Of a stretch of 64,000 nt of DNA, positions 9,739 through 22,393 are shown one piece after another. Made by a program: the position numbers and the translations under genes. The stretch lies in contig CAZXLM010000002.1 in assembly GCA_964642055.1 (NCBI GenBank), forward strand, positions 3,793 to 67,792, given 5' to 3'. The DNA comes from an uncultured Acutalibacter sp. Lineage in GTDB: Bacteria; Bacillota; Clostridia; Oscillospirales; Acutalibacteraceae. Position 1 is the first letter of the stretch. Every line of letters begins with the position of its first letter. A model generated the notes under the pieces. It saw nothing but the letters and a program-made list of their open reading frames with translations, was not told the origin of the DNA and searched no databases.

Positions 9739-10072
9739 AACAGCAGAGAGGCTGCTTCTTCCAGTCCAGTATATCCAGCCTGAATATCCTTTTACAAGCC
9801 TCTCTTCGCTACAGAATCGAGAAAGCGTCTATTTTAAGAACGAATTTTCTACAGAACCATGTTTGCGCTGGCAAAACTTCCTCCATTCTGCTATACTGAA
9901 CTTTGAAAAAGGCAAAACAGCAGAGGAGGAAAAGGGGGGAAAGGTATGACCCGAGACGTACAGCGTGCATAGCAGAGGCTATTGCACCGATCCGATAAAA
10001 AATGACGCGATAGCCTTTGCTCATCTTGAAGTCAGGAGATTTCAAATCCCCATGAAATTTAGGAGGAGCAAT

Positions 10073-10351
10073 ATGCGCTATGCACGAGCCCAGGATATTC
10101 TGCCTGCCCAGCTGCTAAGTCAGCTGCAGCAATATATCGACGGAGCATATCTTTACGTTCCCAGGAAAGAGGAAAACCGGCTGGCCTGGGGCGAGCGGAC
10201 TCACAGCAAAAAAGAGACTGCCGCCCGCAACCGCCTGATTTTTCTGGAAGCGAAGGCCGGAAAGGAAATTCCCGCTTTGGCTGAGACTTACTTTCTGACG
10301 GAAAAAACTATCCGCCGAATCCTCTTGGAGGAACGAAAAAAGCAGAAATAA
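10073..10351 (+). CDS. Small Mor/CD3324-like HTH protein
   Basis: AGGAGG SD before ATG 10073. MRYARAQDILPAQLL..YIDG..LYVPRKE resembles the CD3324/Mor-type family; this assignment is from memory. Confidence 0.5.
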   Translation: MRYARAQDILPAQLLSQLQQYIDGAYLYVPRKEENRLAWGERTHSKKETAARNRLIFLEAKAGKEIPALAETYFLTEKTIRRILLEERKKQK

Positions 10352-10427
10352 CTGAAAAGCCTCCCGGAAACTATGTTTCCGAGAGGCTTTCTAACAACTA
10401 AATTCCTAATCTCTAAAGACTGTCCTT

Positions 10428-11249
10428 TTACCAGCCCTGATCCTTCAGGTACTGGCGGCTCAGAGTGATAGCCTCAATAGGAGTGCGTCCGATGGACTGG
10501 TCCTGCTCCACCACCACCCATTTGGCGCCTGCTTCTACCGAGGCCTCCAAGATGGGCGCAAAGTTCTGGTCGCCGTAACCGACAGGACGGAATTCAAAGG
10601 TGCCGTGGCTTTCTTTTTCCTCCACGTCCGTGCCGATGAGCTGATACATATTGGCGGGGTTTCCTTCCTTGTGGAAGTCCTTCAGATGAACCACGGGCGC
10701 GCGGTTCGTATACTTTCTCACATAGGCGGCAGGATCTTCCCCGGCGACCTTGACCCAGCAGGTATCCAGCTCGGTCTGGAGCAGATCGGCAGGAATGGTG
10801 TCGTAGATGTAATCCAGGGCGTAGCGGCCGTCCGGCATCTTGGTAAACTCAAAGTCATGGTTGTGATACAGCGTCTGAATGCCATGCGCCTTGCAAGCCT
10901 TGGCGATCTCTTCAAACAGCTTTACGTTTCCTTCAAATTTGGGCGTACCGGGACGGTCTTCCTCCATCAGATAGGGAATGGCGATATATTTTACGCCGAT
11001 CTCCACATACTTCTGAATGGTGCCCTCCATGTCGGCCACCAGCTCCTGGAAGGGAACGTGGGCAGAAACAGCCACGAGCCCGGCTTCCTCAATGGCGGCT
11101 TTGATCTCCGCGGGAGCCAGTCCGTACAGACCGGCCAGCTCTACGCCTTCATAGCCGATCTCCTTGATTTTCTTCATCGTACCGCGAAAATCCTTCTCCG
11201 CGTCATCGCGGACAGAATAGACCTGAACAGCAACGGGCAGTGTTTTCAT
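10428..11249 (-). CDS. Sugar phosphate isomerase/epimerase (xylose isomerase-like TIM barrel)
   Basis: GYEGVELAG ... YHNHDFEF ... HLKD ... VVEQD metal-ligand pattern. A GGAGGAG SD precedes ATG 11249. Confidence 0.8.
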   Translation of the reverse strand: MKTLPVAVQVYSVRDDAEKDFRGTMKKIKEIGYEGVELAGLYGLAPAEIKAAIEEAGLVAVSAHVPFQELVADMEGTIQKYVEIGVKYIAIPYLMEEDRPGTPKFEGNVKLFEEIAKACKAHGIQTLYHNHDFEFTKMPDGRYALDYIYDTIPADLLQTELDTCWVKVAGEDPAAYVRKYTNRAPVVHLKDFHKEGNPANMYQLIGTDVEEKESHGTFEFRPVGYGDQNFAPILEASVEAGAKWVVVEQDQSIGRTPIEAITLSRQYLKDQGW

Positions 11250-11617
11250 GGGAAACTCCTCCAATAACAGTAAAGATTCTGCCCCTATCATATATCAAAT
11301 ACCGACAAACGTCAAGGGGAACTGAGGAAAATAATAAGTGATTCCGCCTTTCAAGCGCCGTTTGCTTTCCGGAGCGTTCAATGCTATAATGATTGCAAAG
11401 CAATAGCCGGGCCGCCCGCTTGCGCGTTGGAGCCGAGCAGGTTCCCGTATGCTCGCCGCAGGTGTGCCGTAATGACGATAAAGCAATCATTACGGGGAAA
11501 TCTCTGAAAAGAAGAAAGCCTTCGTCTTTCTTCGTGAAACGTTTTCTTTTTGCTTCGCAAAGTACCGGATTTCTCTAAAAAGATAAAATCTCGATCGAGC
11601 AAAGGAACAGGATATTT

Positions 11618-13048
11618 ATGAAAAGAAACCTCCGCTTCTACTTTTCGCTGTTTTTCGCTAAGGGGACCGCTCTGGTGCTTAAGCTCATCGGCAGAAAGGG
11701 TACTTCCATGCCGGGCTCCTGGGCCATCATTCTCTGCCCGGATTTTCTGGGCCGCATGCCCCGGCCTAAAACTGTCATCGGCATCACGGGCACCAACGGC
11801 AAAACCACCGTTTCCAACATGGTAGAGGACGTGCTCAAGGACCAGGGTTACGATTTCGTGTGCAACCGCTCCGGCACCAACGTGGCCACAGGCGTGGCCT
11901 CAGCCCTGATCGCCAATTCCACCTTTTGGGGGAAACCCAAAAAAGACCTGGCAGTTTTTGAGCTGGATGAGCGCAGTTCTCCGCGAATTCTCCCCTATCT
12001 CAAACCGGATCTGCTGCTGTGTACAAATATTTTCCGGGACTCCTACAAGCGCAATGCCCACATGGAATTTATCGTGGATATCCTTGACCGGTACATTCCC
12101 GACGGAACCCGTCTGGTTTTAAACGCGGACGACCTCCTCTGCGCCGGCCTGAAGCCTCAGAATCCCCGGGTATATTTTGGCATTGACAGGCTCCCCAGCG
12201 ACGGGACCGAGTGCCATAACATTGTCCGGGACGTAACGGTCTGCCCCAAATGCGGCACGAGGCTTTCCTGGGATTTTATCCGCTACCATCACATCGGCCG
12301 GGCCCGCTGCCCAAGCTGCGGCTTCTGTTCCCCTGAGGCCTCTTACCGTGTGGTTTCCACCGATGGGGAGAAGCGCCGCATGAAACTGAACATTCAGGGA
12401 CAAGAACGGGAATTTCCCCTTCCCAACCAGAGCACCATCAACGTGTATAACTCTCTTTCCGCCATTGCGCTGCTCTCGGAATTCGGCCTGCCGGAGGAAA
12501 AGATAGCGGCTTCCATGGACAAGCTCTCCATCAGCGAGACCCGGTACCACGAGGAAGAAGTCAACGGGAAAAAGGTCATTCTCCATCTGGCTAAGGGACA
12601 GAACCCCATCGCCTGCTCCCGGGCCTTTGAAAATATCCGGGACTATGGCAGGAGCGGCCCGGGGCCCGCCGTCAAAAAAGCTGTCATTCTGTTTCTGGAC
12701 GATTACTTCGACGCCGCTCATTCCGTGGAGAATACGGCCTGGCTTTACGACACGGATTTTGAGTTTTTAAACGATGAAAACATCACCCAGATCATCGCGG
12801 CCGGCGCCCGCCATTGGGACGTGTACCTGCGCCTCCTGATGGCGGATATTCCCAGGGAAAAGATCGATCATCTGGAAGACAACGAAAAGGCCGCCGCCCT
12901 GCTGGATCCCGCGAGGGCCGATTCCGTGTTCATCTTGTACGACGTATATACCATCGGCCTGGCCAACCGGGTAAAGGAGCAGGTGGAAGCGCTGCTGGAA
13001 AGCAGCCGGGAGCCTGAGGAAAAGGGGGCGGAAAGTCATGAAAATTGA
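11618..13048 (+). CDS. murT: Lipid II isoglutaminyl synthase subunit MurT (Mur ligase family)
   Basis: GITGTNGKTT P-loop, a Cys4 ribbon (CPKCG...CPSCG) and a DUF1727-like C-terminus. It overlaps the gatD partner by 11 nt. Confidence 0.85.
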   Translation: MKRNLRFYFSLFFAKGTALVLKLIGRKGTSMPGSWAIILCPDFLGRMPRPKTVIGITGTNGKTTVSNMVEDVLKDQGYDFVCNRSGTNVATGVASALIANSTFWGKPKKDLAVFELDERSSPRILPYLKPDLLLCTNIFRDSYKRNAHMEFIVDILDRYIPDGTRLVLNADDLLCAGLKPQNPRVYFGIDRLPSDGTECHNIVRDVTVCPKCGTRLSWDFIRYHHIGRARCPSCGFCSPEASYRVVSTDGEKRRMKLNIQGQEREFPLPNQSTINVYNSLSAIALLSEFGLPEEKIAASMDKLSISETRYHEEEVNGKKVILHLAKGQNPIACSRAFENIRDYGRSGPGPAVKKAVILFLDDYFDAAHSVENTAWLYDTDFEFLNDENITQIIAAGARHWDVYLRLLMADIPREKIDHLEDNEKAAALLDPARADSVFILYDVYTIGLANRVKEQVEALLESSREPEEKGAESHEN

Positions 13049-13736
13049 GATCCTGTTTCCGGAGTTCTGCAACCTGTTCGGGGACATGAGCAACATGCGG
13101 TACCTGAAAAAATGCCTGCCGGACGCGGAGTTTGCGGAAACGCCCTTCGATGCCGAGCCGCTGTTTCTCACAGAGCCCATAAGCCTTGTCTATCTTGGCC
13201 CCATGACCGAGCGGATCCAGGAGCGCGTCATCAAAAAGTTTCGGCCCTATCGGGAAAAGCTGCGGCAGCTTATCGACGGGGGGACCGTTTTCCTCTTTAC
13301 CGGCAACGCTCTGGAGGTGCTGGGCGACTACATTGAAAATGAGGACGGCAGCCGGATCGAAGCGCTGGGACTTTTTCCTCTTTATGCCGAACGCAGCATG
13401 ATGAATCGGCACAACAGCACCTTTTTGGGGACCTTTCAGGGAAAGGAGCTCATGGGCTTTAAATCCCAGTTCACCTTTGCCTATCCGGAAGGAGAAGTGG
13501 AAGGCCTTTTCAGGGTAAAAAAAGGGGTGGGACTCAACCGGAAATGCAAATTTGAAGGGATACGCTCTCACAACTTTTTCGGAACCTACCTGCTGGGGCC
13601 CGTTCTGCTCCTGAATCCTGATTTCACCCGGTATTTATTGACTTGTATGGGTGTGGAGATGCCCGTTCTTGCTTTCGCGGAGGACTTGGACGCCGCCTTT
13701 GATCAGCGGCTGAAGGATTTTCGGGAAAAAACCTGA
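13038..13736 (+). CDS. gatD: Lipid II isoglutaminyl synthase glutaminase subunit GatD (CobQ-type amidotransferase)
   Basis: Translationally coupled to murT. Its size and sequence (FTGNALEVLG, FFGTYLLGPVLLLNP) fit the GatD/CobQ-like GATase family. Confidence 0.75.
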   Translation: MKIEILFPEFCNLFGDMSNMRYLKKCLPDAEFAETPFDAEPLFLTEPISLVYLGPMTERIQERVIKKFRPYREKLRQLIDGGTVFLFTGNALEVLGDYIENEDGSRIEALGLFPLYAERSMMNRHNSTFLGTFQGKELMGFKSQFTFAYPEGEVEGLFRVKKGVGLNRKCKFEGIRSHNFFGTYLLGPVLLLNPDFTRYLLTCMGVEMPVLAFAEDLDAAFDQRLKDFREKT

Positions 13737-13785
13737 TTCTTTCGCGGTTTTAGACCTGACCGCACAATTTTAAAAGACACAAAAA

Positions 13786-13830
13786 GAGAAAGGCTTTCTC
13801 TCTCACAGAGAAAAGCCTTTCTCTTTTTTT
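13786..13830. terminator. Bidirectional terminator between gatD and the convergent XRE gene
   Basis: GAGAAAGGCTTTCTC / GAGAAAAGCCTTTCTC hairpin, flanked by AAAAA on one side and TTTTTTT on the other. It overlaps the last XRE codons. Confidence 0.65.
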
Positions 13831-14036
13831 CGGGGATAGGGGCGGCTGATATCCGTCAGCTCCAGAATATAATCAACGGAGGTGCCGTAGTATTCCGCCA
13901 GCCGAACCAGCAGGTCAATGGGGACCTGCCGCACGCCGTTTTCGTACTGAGAATAAGTATTTTGACTGATGGAAAGCTGTTTTGCCAGCTCTTTCTGAGT
14001 TAAATCCCGGTCTTCCCGCAAATCCCGCAGCCGCAT
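13803..14036 (-). CDS. XRE-family HTH transcriptional regulator
   Basis: MRLRDLREDRDLTQKELAKQLSISQNTYSQYENG is a classic Cro/C1 HTH. It is a close paralog of the gene at 62127-62357. Confidence 0.85.
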   Translation of the reverse strand: MRLRDLREDRDLTQKELAKQLSISQNTYSQYENGVRQVPIDLLVRLAEYYGTSVDYILELTDISRPYPRKKEKGFSL

Positions 14037-14083
14037 GGAACGCCCTCTCATATTTTATTCTTTTTCTGCTCTCATTTTATGAA

Positions 14084-14124
14084 ATCTCAAATTGAGATGT
14101 TGGCTTTTATCTCGTTTTGAGATA
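14084..14124. promoter_or_regulatory. Two related palindromes (candidate XRE operators)
   Basis: ATCTCAAATTGAGAT (14084-14098) and TATCTCGTTTTGAGATA (14108-14124). Both are ATCTC-N5-GAGAT, with centres 25 bp apart, and sit directly upstream of the XRE gene. Confidence 0.45.
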
Positions 14125-14318
14125 GAATTTTGTTATTCTATTCTGATGCGGGAGGCGGCGCCTTGATAAATCAGGAAATTTTTTTCCTTTGCGTGTGTTT
14201 GGCCATATTGCTGCTGATTCTTGCCGGCTCTTTTCTGCGCCTCTGCTTTCTCAGTATTCCCTACCAGGAGTGGGTAAAACACCGAAGATCGGAGAAGCTC
14301 AGAAAAGGAAAGCGAAAA

Positions 14319-14367
14319 TAAAAAACGCCGTCCCCGCTTCGGCAGCATTTCCGAAGCGGGGACGGCG
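14319..14367 (-). terminator. Intrinsic terminator of the beta-galactosidase gene
   Basis: 17-bp stem CGCCGTCCCCGCTTCGG / CCGAAGCGGGGACGGCG followed by a T-run on the minus strand. Confidence 0.75.
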
Positions 14368-14393
14368 AAATTTAATTTGCGGGATATATCCAG

Positions 14394-17522
<3,129 letters not shown>

Positions 17523-17542
17523 CTACTGTTAGATTACTCTGA

Positions 17543-20500
17543 ATGAAAGTAATAGTCAATCCGCTTTCGCAAAAAAATTTACCGGAAGGGAGGCGCTGTC
17601 CCCAGATGGGCGCTGAGATCATCATAACTGCTCTGTTCGGCGGGACGGTCCTGTTCCTTGCGGGACGAAGCTTTGAAAAAAAGGAGCTTAAGCCCTCCTT
17701 CTTCGCCGTTTGGGCCGGCCTTCTGCTGCTTTCGGCCCTTGCGCTGCGGCTTTTTTGGGGCTATTTTTCCCAGGGCTTTACATCGGACATAGACACCTTC
17801 AAAGCGTGGGCTTACGCCCTGGACCGCACCGGCCTTTCTCAGATATATGGCCGCAGCGACCTTTTCCTCGACTATCCTCCGGGCTATCTCTATATCCTTC
17901 TGCTGTCGGAAAAGCTCCGCCGCCTGCTGGATATCCCTTTCGATGCGGCTTCCTATACCCTGCTGCTCAAGCTGCCCTCGCTGCTGGCGGACCTCATCTG
18001 CGGCGCTCTGCTTTTGTGGCTTGGAAAAAGAAAGCTGGGAGAGAAACCGGCCCTGCTGCTTTCCGCAGCTTATCTGTTCTGCCCGGTGGCGCTGGTAAAC
18101 TCCGCCAGATGGGGCCAGGTGGATTCTTTCTGCACGGCTATCCTTTTCTGCTCCGTCCTGCTGTTGTATAAAGAATGGTACGTCCCCTCCGCGCTGCTGT
18201 ACGGTTTGAGCATCGCCTGCAAGCCTCAAATGCTGATCTTTGCTCCCATGTACCTGTTTTTTGCCATGAAACAGCGGAAATGGGGGAAGCTGGGGCTGGG
18301 CGTCCTTTGTACTGTAGGCGCGGTCTTACTGACGGCTCTCCCCTTTACGGAGGGCTTTGATTTCTGGTGGCTGCTGGAACGGTACCGGTCCACTATGGAT
18401 TATTACAATTACTATTCCGTCAACGCCTACAATTTCTGGACGTTCATCGGCCGGAACTGGCACGGTCTGCCGGAGGGTATCGCCCGGCAGCTGCTGACTC
18501 TGGCAGCGCCGGTCCTTGCCACCGCGCTGTGCGGCCTGTTCCTGTTCCGCGCAAAGCGGAAAGACGCAGTTTTTGCCTGCCCTGTCCTGCTGATGACGGT
18601 GATGTACCTCTTTGGCATCAAAATGCACGAGCGATATCTCTACCCCGTGTTTCTTTTCCTTCTGCTCTGCTTTCTGTTTACTCTGGACCGCCGTCTGCTG
18701 CGGGCCTTCGCCTTATCAGGAGCCGCCCACTATCTCAACGTGGCCCATGTGCTTTATCTGTTCCGGGAAAAGGGCGGAAATTACGACCCCAATGCCTTTC
18801 TGACCCGCTGCCTTGCAGGCGCGCAGATCCTCGCTCTATTGTACCTTTTGTATACGCTGGCAGCCGCGTACCTGCCGGGGCTTACCAAAGCCGCCGCCCC
18901 CAGACCTGTCCGAAGATGGTCCCGCCCCGCTCCGGAGTCCGGAAGCTTTGCGAAGACGGACTGGTTCGCCCTGATCGCTGTCACCGCGCTTTACGGCCTC
19001 GTGGCCTTCTGGAACCTGGGGAGCCATGAAACCGCGCTGACTTCCTGGACTCCTGAGGAAAATGACAGCGTGACCTTTCAGGCAGAATCGGACTGCGACG
19101 CCATCTACTATCTGCCAGGGCTGGCTCCCGACCAGGGCCATTACGCCGCCAGGACCGGGGCCAATATCCAGGTGGAGACCAGCGCGGACGGAAAAAGCTG
19201 GACCGACTGCGGCAGTCTCAGCGAAAGCGGAACGTATGTGTTTACCTGGTTCCGGCATACGCTGACAACGCCGGGAAGATATATCCGTCTGACGGCGGAG
19301 GACGGGGGTTCGGTCCTCAATGAGATCGGTCTCAAGGTCCGGGGGAGAAACGAATTGTCCCCCCTGCAGGAGCTGGGGACAGGCGGCGCGCTTCTGACGG
19401 ACGAACAGGAAACGGTCCCGTTTTACACCACCTATGAAAATTCCTCCTACTTCGACGAGATATACCATGCCCGCACCGCCTATGAGAACATTCTGGGGCT
19501 GGAACCCTATGAAAACACCCACCCCCCTCTTGGAAAATACTTGATCTCTCTTGGGATCCGGCTGTTCGGCATGAATCCCTTCGGCTGGCGGTTTATGGGG
19601 ACGCTGTTCGGCGTGCTGATGCTGCCTGTGCTGTACCATCTGCTCAAGCAGCTTTTTGGAAAGACATACTTTTGCTGCATTGGTACCCTGCTGTTCGCCT
19701 TTGACTTCATGCACTTTACCCAGACCCGGATCGCCACTATCGACACCTACGCCGTGTTTTTCCTTCTGCTGATGTACGACACTATGACGGTCTTTCTCCG
19801 CCGGGATCTGCAGCGAGACAGTATGAAGAAGCTGCTTCCCCCCCTGCTGCTCTGCGGCGTTTTTACGGGGCTCGGCATTGCCTCCAAATGGACGGCGGCT
19901 TACGGCGCGGCGGGGCTTGCGGTACTGTTCTTCGGCAAGTTGATCCTCTCCTTCCGGGACGCGGGAAGAGCGGGCGAAAATACCGCCGTCTTGAGGCGGA
20001 AGTCGCTTTCCCTGTGCCTGTGGTGCTGCCTGTTTTTCCTTGCGATCCCCTTTGGCCTCTATTTCGCAGCCTATCTGCCCCTCGCCACCCTGCCCCACAA
20101 CCGTTCCCATCTCTGGAGCTGCTTCTGCAATTACCAGGTCAACATGTTCCGGTATCATTCCCAGCTCGTGGCGGAGCACTATTTTGCCTCTCCCTGGTAT
20201 GAATGGCCCTTTGACGTGCGGCCCATCTGGTATTTCTCCGGCGATCCGGCAAACGCCCAGGGCAAATACAGCACCATCGCCGCTTTTGGAAATCCCCTTC
20301 TCTGGTGGGCGGGCGTCCCCGCGCTGGCCTGCGCCGCTCTGCTTTGGACGCGGGAGCGGAAAACCTTTTCCGCCGTGGTCCTCTGCGGCTTCCTATCCGT
20401 CTATCTGCCCTGGGTACTGGTCCCCCGTCTCACCTTTATCTACCACTATTTTACGGCGGTGCCCTTTTTCGTCATCGCCCTGACGGGGACCTTTTCCCGG

Positions 20501-20698
20501 CTGGAGGATACCCGGCTGGGCGGCCGACCGATCTTGAAGACCGGAACGGGAACGCTTTCCGCCGCCCAAGTGTTTTCGGCGGTCTTCACCGCCGGGTGTC
20601 TGTTGCTGTTCGCCGTCTATTTCCCGGTGATCTCCGGCGCCCCCACAGACAAGGCCTATTCCGACGCCCTGCGGCTATTCCCTACCTGGTATTTTTGA
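17543..20698 (+). CDS. Giant polytopic GT-C glycosyltransferase: N-terminal GT-C-like module + discoidin (F5/8 type C)-like domain + PMT/GT39-like module
   Basis: More than 20 predicted TM segments. N-terminal block TSDIDTFKAWAY...DYPPGYLYIL. The mid region ends in LNEIGL, which is discoidin-like. The C-terminal half starts YFDEIYHARTAYE...THPPLGKYLI, the PMT DE-motif context. ATG 17606 is an alternative start. Confidence 0.75.
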   Translation: MKVIVNPLSQKNLPEGRRCPQMGAEIIITALFGGTVLFLAGRSFEKKELKPSFFAVWAGLLLLSALALRLFWGYFSQGFTSDIDTFKAWAYALDRTGLSQIYGRSDLFLDYPPGYLYILLLSEKLRRLLDIPFDAASYTLLLKLPSLLADLICGALLLWLGKRKLGEKPALLLSAAYLFCPVALVNSARWGQVDSFCTAILFCSVLLLYKEWYVPSALLYGLSIACKPQMLIFAPMYLFFAMKQRKWGKLGLGVLCTVGAVLLTALPFTEGFDFWWLLERYRSTMDYYNYYSVNAYNFWTFIGRNWHGLPEGIARQLLTLAAPVLATALCGLFLFRAKRKDAVFACPVLLMTVMYLFGIKMHERYLYPVFLFLLLCFLFTLDRRLLRAFALSGAAHYLNVAHVLYLFREKGGNYDPNAFLTRCLAGAQILALLYLLYTLAAAYLPGLTKAAAPRPVRRWSRPAPESGSFAKTDWFALIAVTALYGLVAFWNLGSHETALTSWTPEENDSVTFQAESDCDAIYYLPGLAPDQGHYAARTGANIQVETSADGKSWTDCGSLSESGTYVFTWFRHTLTTPGRYIRLTAEDGGSVLNEIGLKVRGRNELSPLQELGTGGALLTDEQETVPFYTTYENSSYFDEIYHARTAYENILGLEPYENTHPPLGKYLISLGIRLFGMNPFGWRFMGTLFGVLMLPVLYHLLKQLFGKTYFCCIGTLLFAFDFMHFTQTRIATIDTYAVFFLLLMYDTMTVFLRRDLQRDSMKKLLPPLLLCGVFTGLGIASKWTAAYGAAGLAVLFFGKLILSFRDAGRAGENTAVLRRKSLSLCLWCCLFFLAIPFGLYFAAYLPLATLPHNRSHLWSCFCNYQVNMFRYHSQLVAEHYFASPWYEWPFDVRPIWYFSGDPANAQGKYSTIAAFGNPLLWWAGVPALACAALLWTRERKTFSAVVLCGFLSVYLPWVLVPRLTFIYHYFTAVPFFVIALTGTFSRLEDTRLGGRPILKTGTGTLSAAQVFSAVFTAGCLLLFAVYFPVISGAPTDKAYSDALRLFPTWYF

Positions 20699-20718
20699 AC
20701 ACATAAGGAGGTCTTTCC

Positions 20719-21504
20719 ATGATCCTTCACGTTTTAGGCAGCTGCTCCGGCACGGAGCCTCAGGCAGGATGCCACCACACCAGCGTCACGCTGGAGACCG
20801 GCGGAAACCTCTACTTTCTGGACGCCGGGGAAAACTGCGCCTATTCTTCCTATCTTCTGGGGATCGATCAGCTGAACACCCGGAAAGTATTTATTTCTCA
20901 CGCCCATATGGACCACGTGGGCGGCCTGCCCCATCTGCTCTGGAACCTGCGAAAGCTCTGCACACTTTCTCCGGAAAACGCCGAACGCATGGCGGGCAGG
21001 ACTGTGGAAGTCTACACGCCTGATCTGGACGCCTTTTCCGGCGTTATGAAAATGCTTTTGGGCAGCGAAGGAAATTACAAGACCGTTTTCAAGGTGGAGC
21101 CCCGCCTCATCGAAGACGGCACTCTCTGCTCCGGGGACCTTTCCGTGAAGGCCTTTCATAATTTCCACCTGGGAGAACCTGCGCCGGGAGAGCCGTGGAA
21201 AAGCTTTTCCTTCTCGGTAGAGGCGGAGCATAAAAAACTGTTTTATTCCGGGGATTTCCGGGACCTTTCCGAACTGCTCCCCCACGCGGCAGGCGCGGAA
21301 CTGCTCCTGCTGGAAACCGGGCACCACCGTGCGTTCCAGCTCTGTCGGGAACTTGTGGATTCCGGTATTTCCTTCGGCCGGGTGCTCTTCTTCCATCACG
21401 GCGTGGAAATTCTGCGAGACTTTGAGGGCGAGCTTTCTCTGGCAAAGCAGGTCCTTGGGGACCGGATTTCCTTTGCAAACGACGGTATGAAGCTGGTGCT
21501 TTAG
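20719..21504 (+). CDS. MBL-fold metallo-hydrolase
   Basis: HAHMDHVGG motif; AGGAGG SD upstream. Confidence 0.8.
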   Translation: MILHVLGSCSGTEPQAGCHHTSVTLETGGNLYFLDAGENCAYSSYLLGIDQLNTRKVFISHAHMDHVGGLPHLLWNLRKLCTLSPENAERMAGRTVEVYTPDLDAFSGVMKMLLGSEGNYKTVFKVEPRLIEDGTLCSGDLSVKAFHNFHLGEPAPGEPWKSFSFSVEAEHKKLFYSGDFRDLSELLPHAAGAELLLLETGHHRAFQLCRELVDSGISFGRVLFFHHGVEILRDFEGELSLAKQVLGDRISFANDGMKLVL

Positions 21505-21674
21505 AACTAGTTATCGACAAATGTATCTTTAAAAGCCATAAAATTCCAGCGAAAAAGTACGGTTTCGCGTCTGAAAGACGTAAAATGCGGGCCACGCTTA
21601 TGGCCCGCAGGTAATCTAGGTAGTCTTTTCAAAGGGCCGCCGCGAATGAACTATCCGCGGCAGCCCCTCTTCTT

Positions 21675-22337
21675 TTATTCTACACTTTTTGCAAGGCTCC
21701 GGCAGAGCGCCCCCAGCTCCTCTACAGTGGAAACGATATAGTCTGCTCCCGCTTCTTCCAGCTCGTTTTTCCCGGCATAGCCATAGCGCACGCCTATGCT
21801 CTCCACATTCTGCGCCTTCGCGCCCAGAATGTCGTGGAGCCGGTCGCCGGCCATAACTGCCTGCTCTTTGGGCGGGTCTCCCAGCCTGCGAAGCGCCTCC
21901 CCGATCACCTGGGCCTTATCGGTCATGGTGCCGTCCAGATTGGCCCCGACCATGTGGGTAAAATACCGCTCCACGCCCCGCAGCTCCAATATCTGCCGGG
22001 CAAAAACCAGCGGCTTGGAGGTGGCAAGGCAAATTTGGGCCTTTTGGGAAAGCTCCTCCAAAAGCTCTTTGATACCGGGATACAGCGGGCTTTCAAACAC
22101 GCCCTTTTCCCGGTAGCGCTCCCGGTACTTTTCCACAGCCTTCAGGGCCTGCTCCTGAGAAAGGCCGTAAAACTCCCGGAAGGAAGCGTCCAAAGGCGGA
22201 CCCACGAACCGGCGGAGATTTTCCTCCGGCTCGTTTTTGATACCGAAATCGTCCAGCGCGTACTGGGCGCTTTTCATAATGCCCTCCCCGGTATCGGTGA
22301 GAGTGCCGTCCAAATCAAAGAGAAAATACTTTTTCAC
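21675..22337 (-). CDS. HAD-family hydrolase (phosphoglycolate phosphatase-like)
   Basis: FDLDGTLTDT motif I, TSK motif II and GDRLHD motif IV. Confidence 0.85.
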   Translation of the reverse strand: MKKYFLFDLDGTLTDTGEGIMKSAQYALDDFGIKNEPEENLRRFVGPPLDASFREFYGLSQEQALKAVEKYRERYREKGVFESPLYPGIKELLEELSQKAQICLATSKPLVFARQILELRGVERYFTHMVGANLDGTMTDKAQVIGEALRRLGDPPKEQAVMAGDRLHDILGAKAQNVESIGVRYGYAGKNELEEAGADYIVSTVEELGALCRSLAKSVE

Positions 22338-22393
22338 AGGCTTTTTTCCTTCCTGAAAGATACGGAATCACCCCGGCTGCCATTCGGTTTTGT

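Noticed and set aside
18836-20179. 447-aa minus-strand ORF.
   Set aside because: It is antisense to the GT-C gene, with an Arg/Gly/Pro-rich translation.
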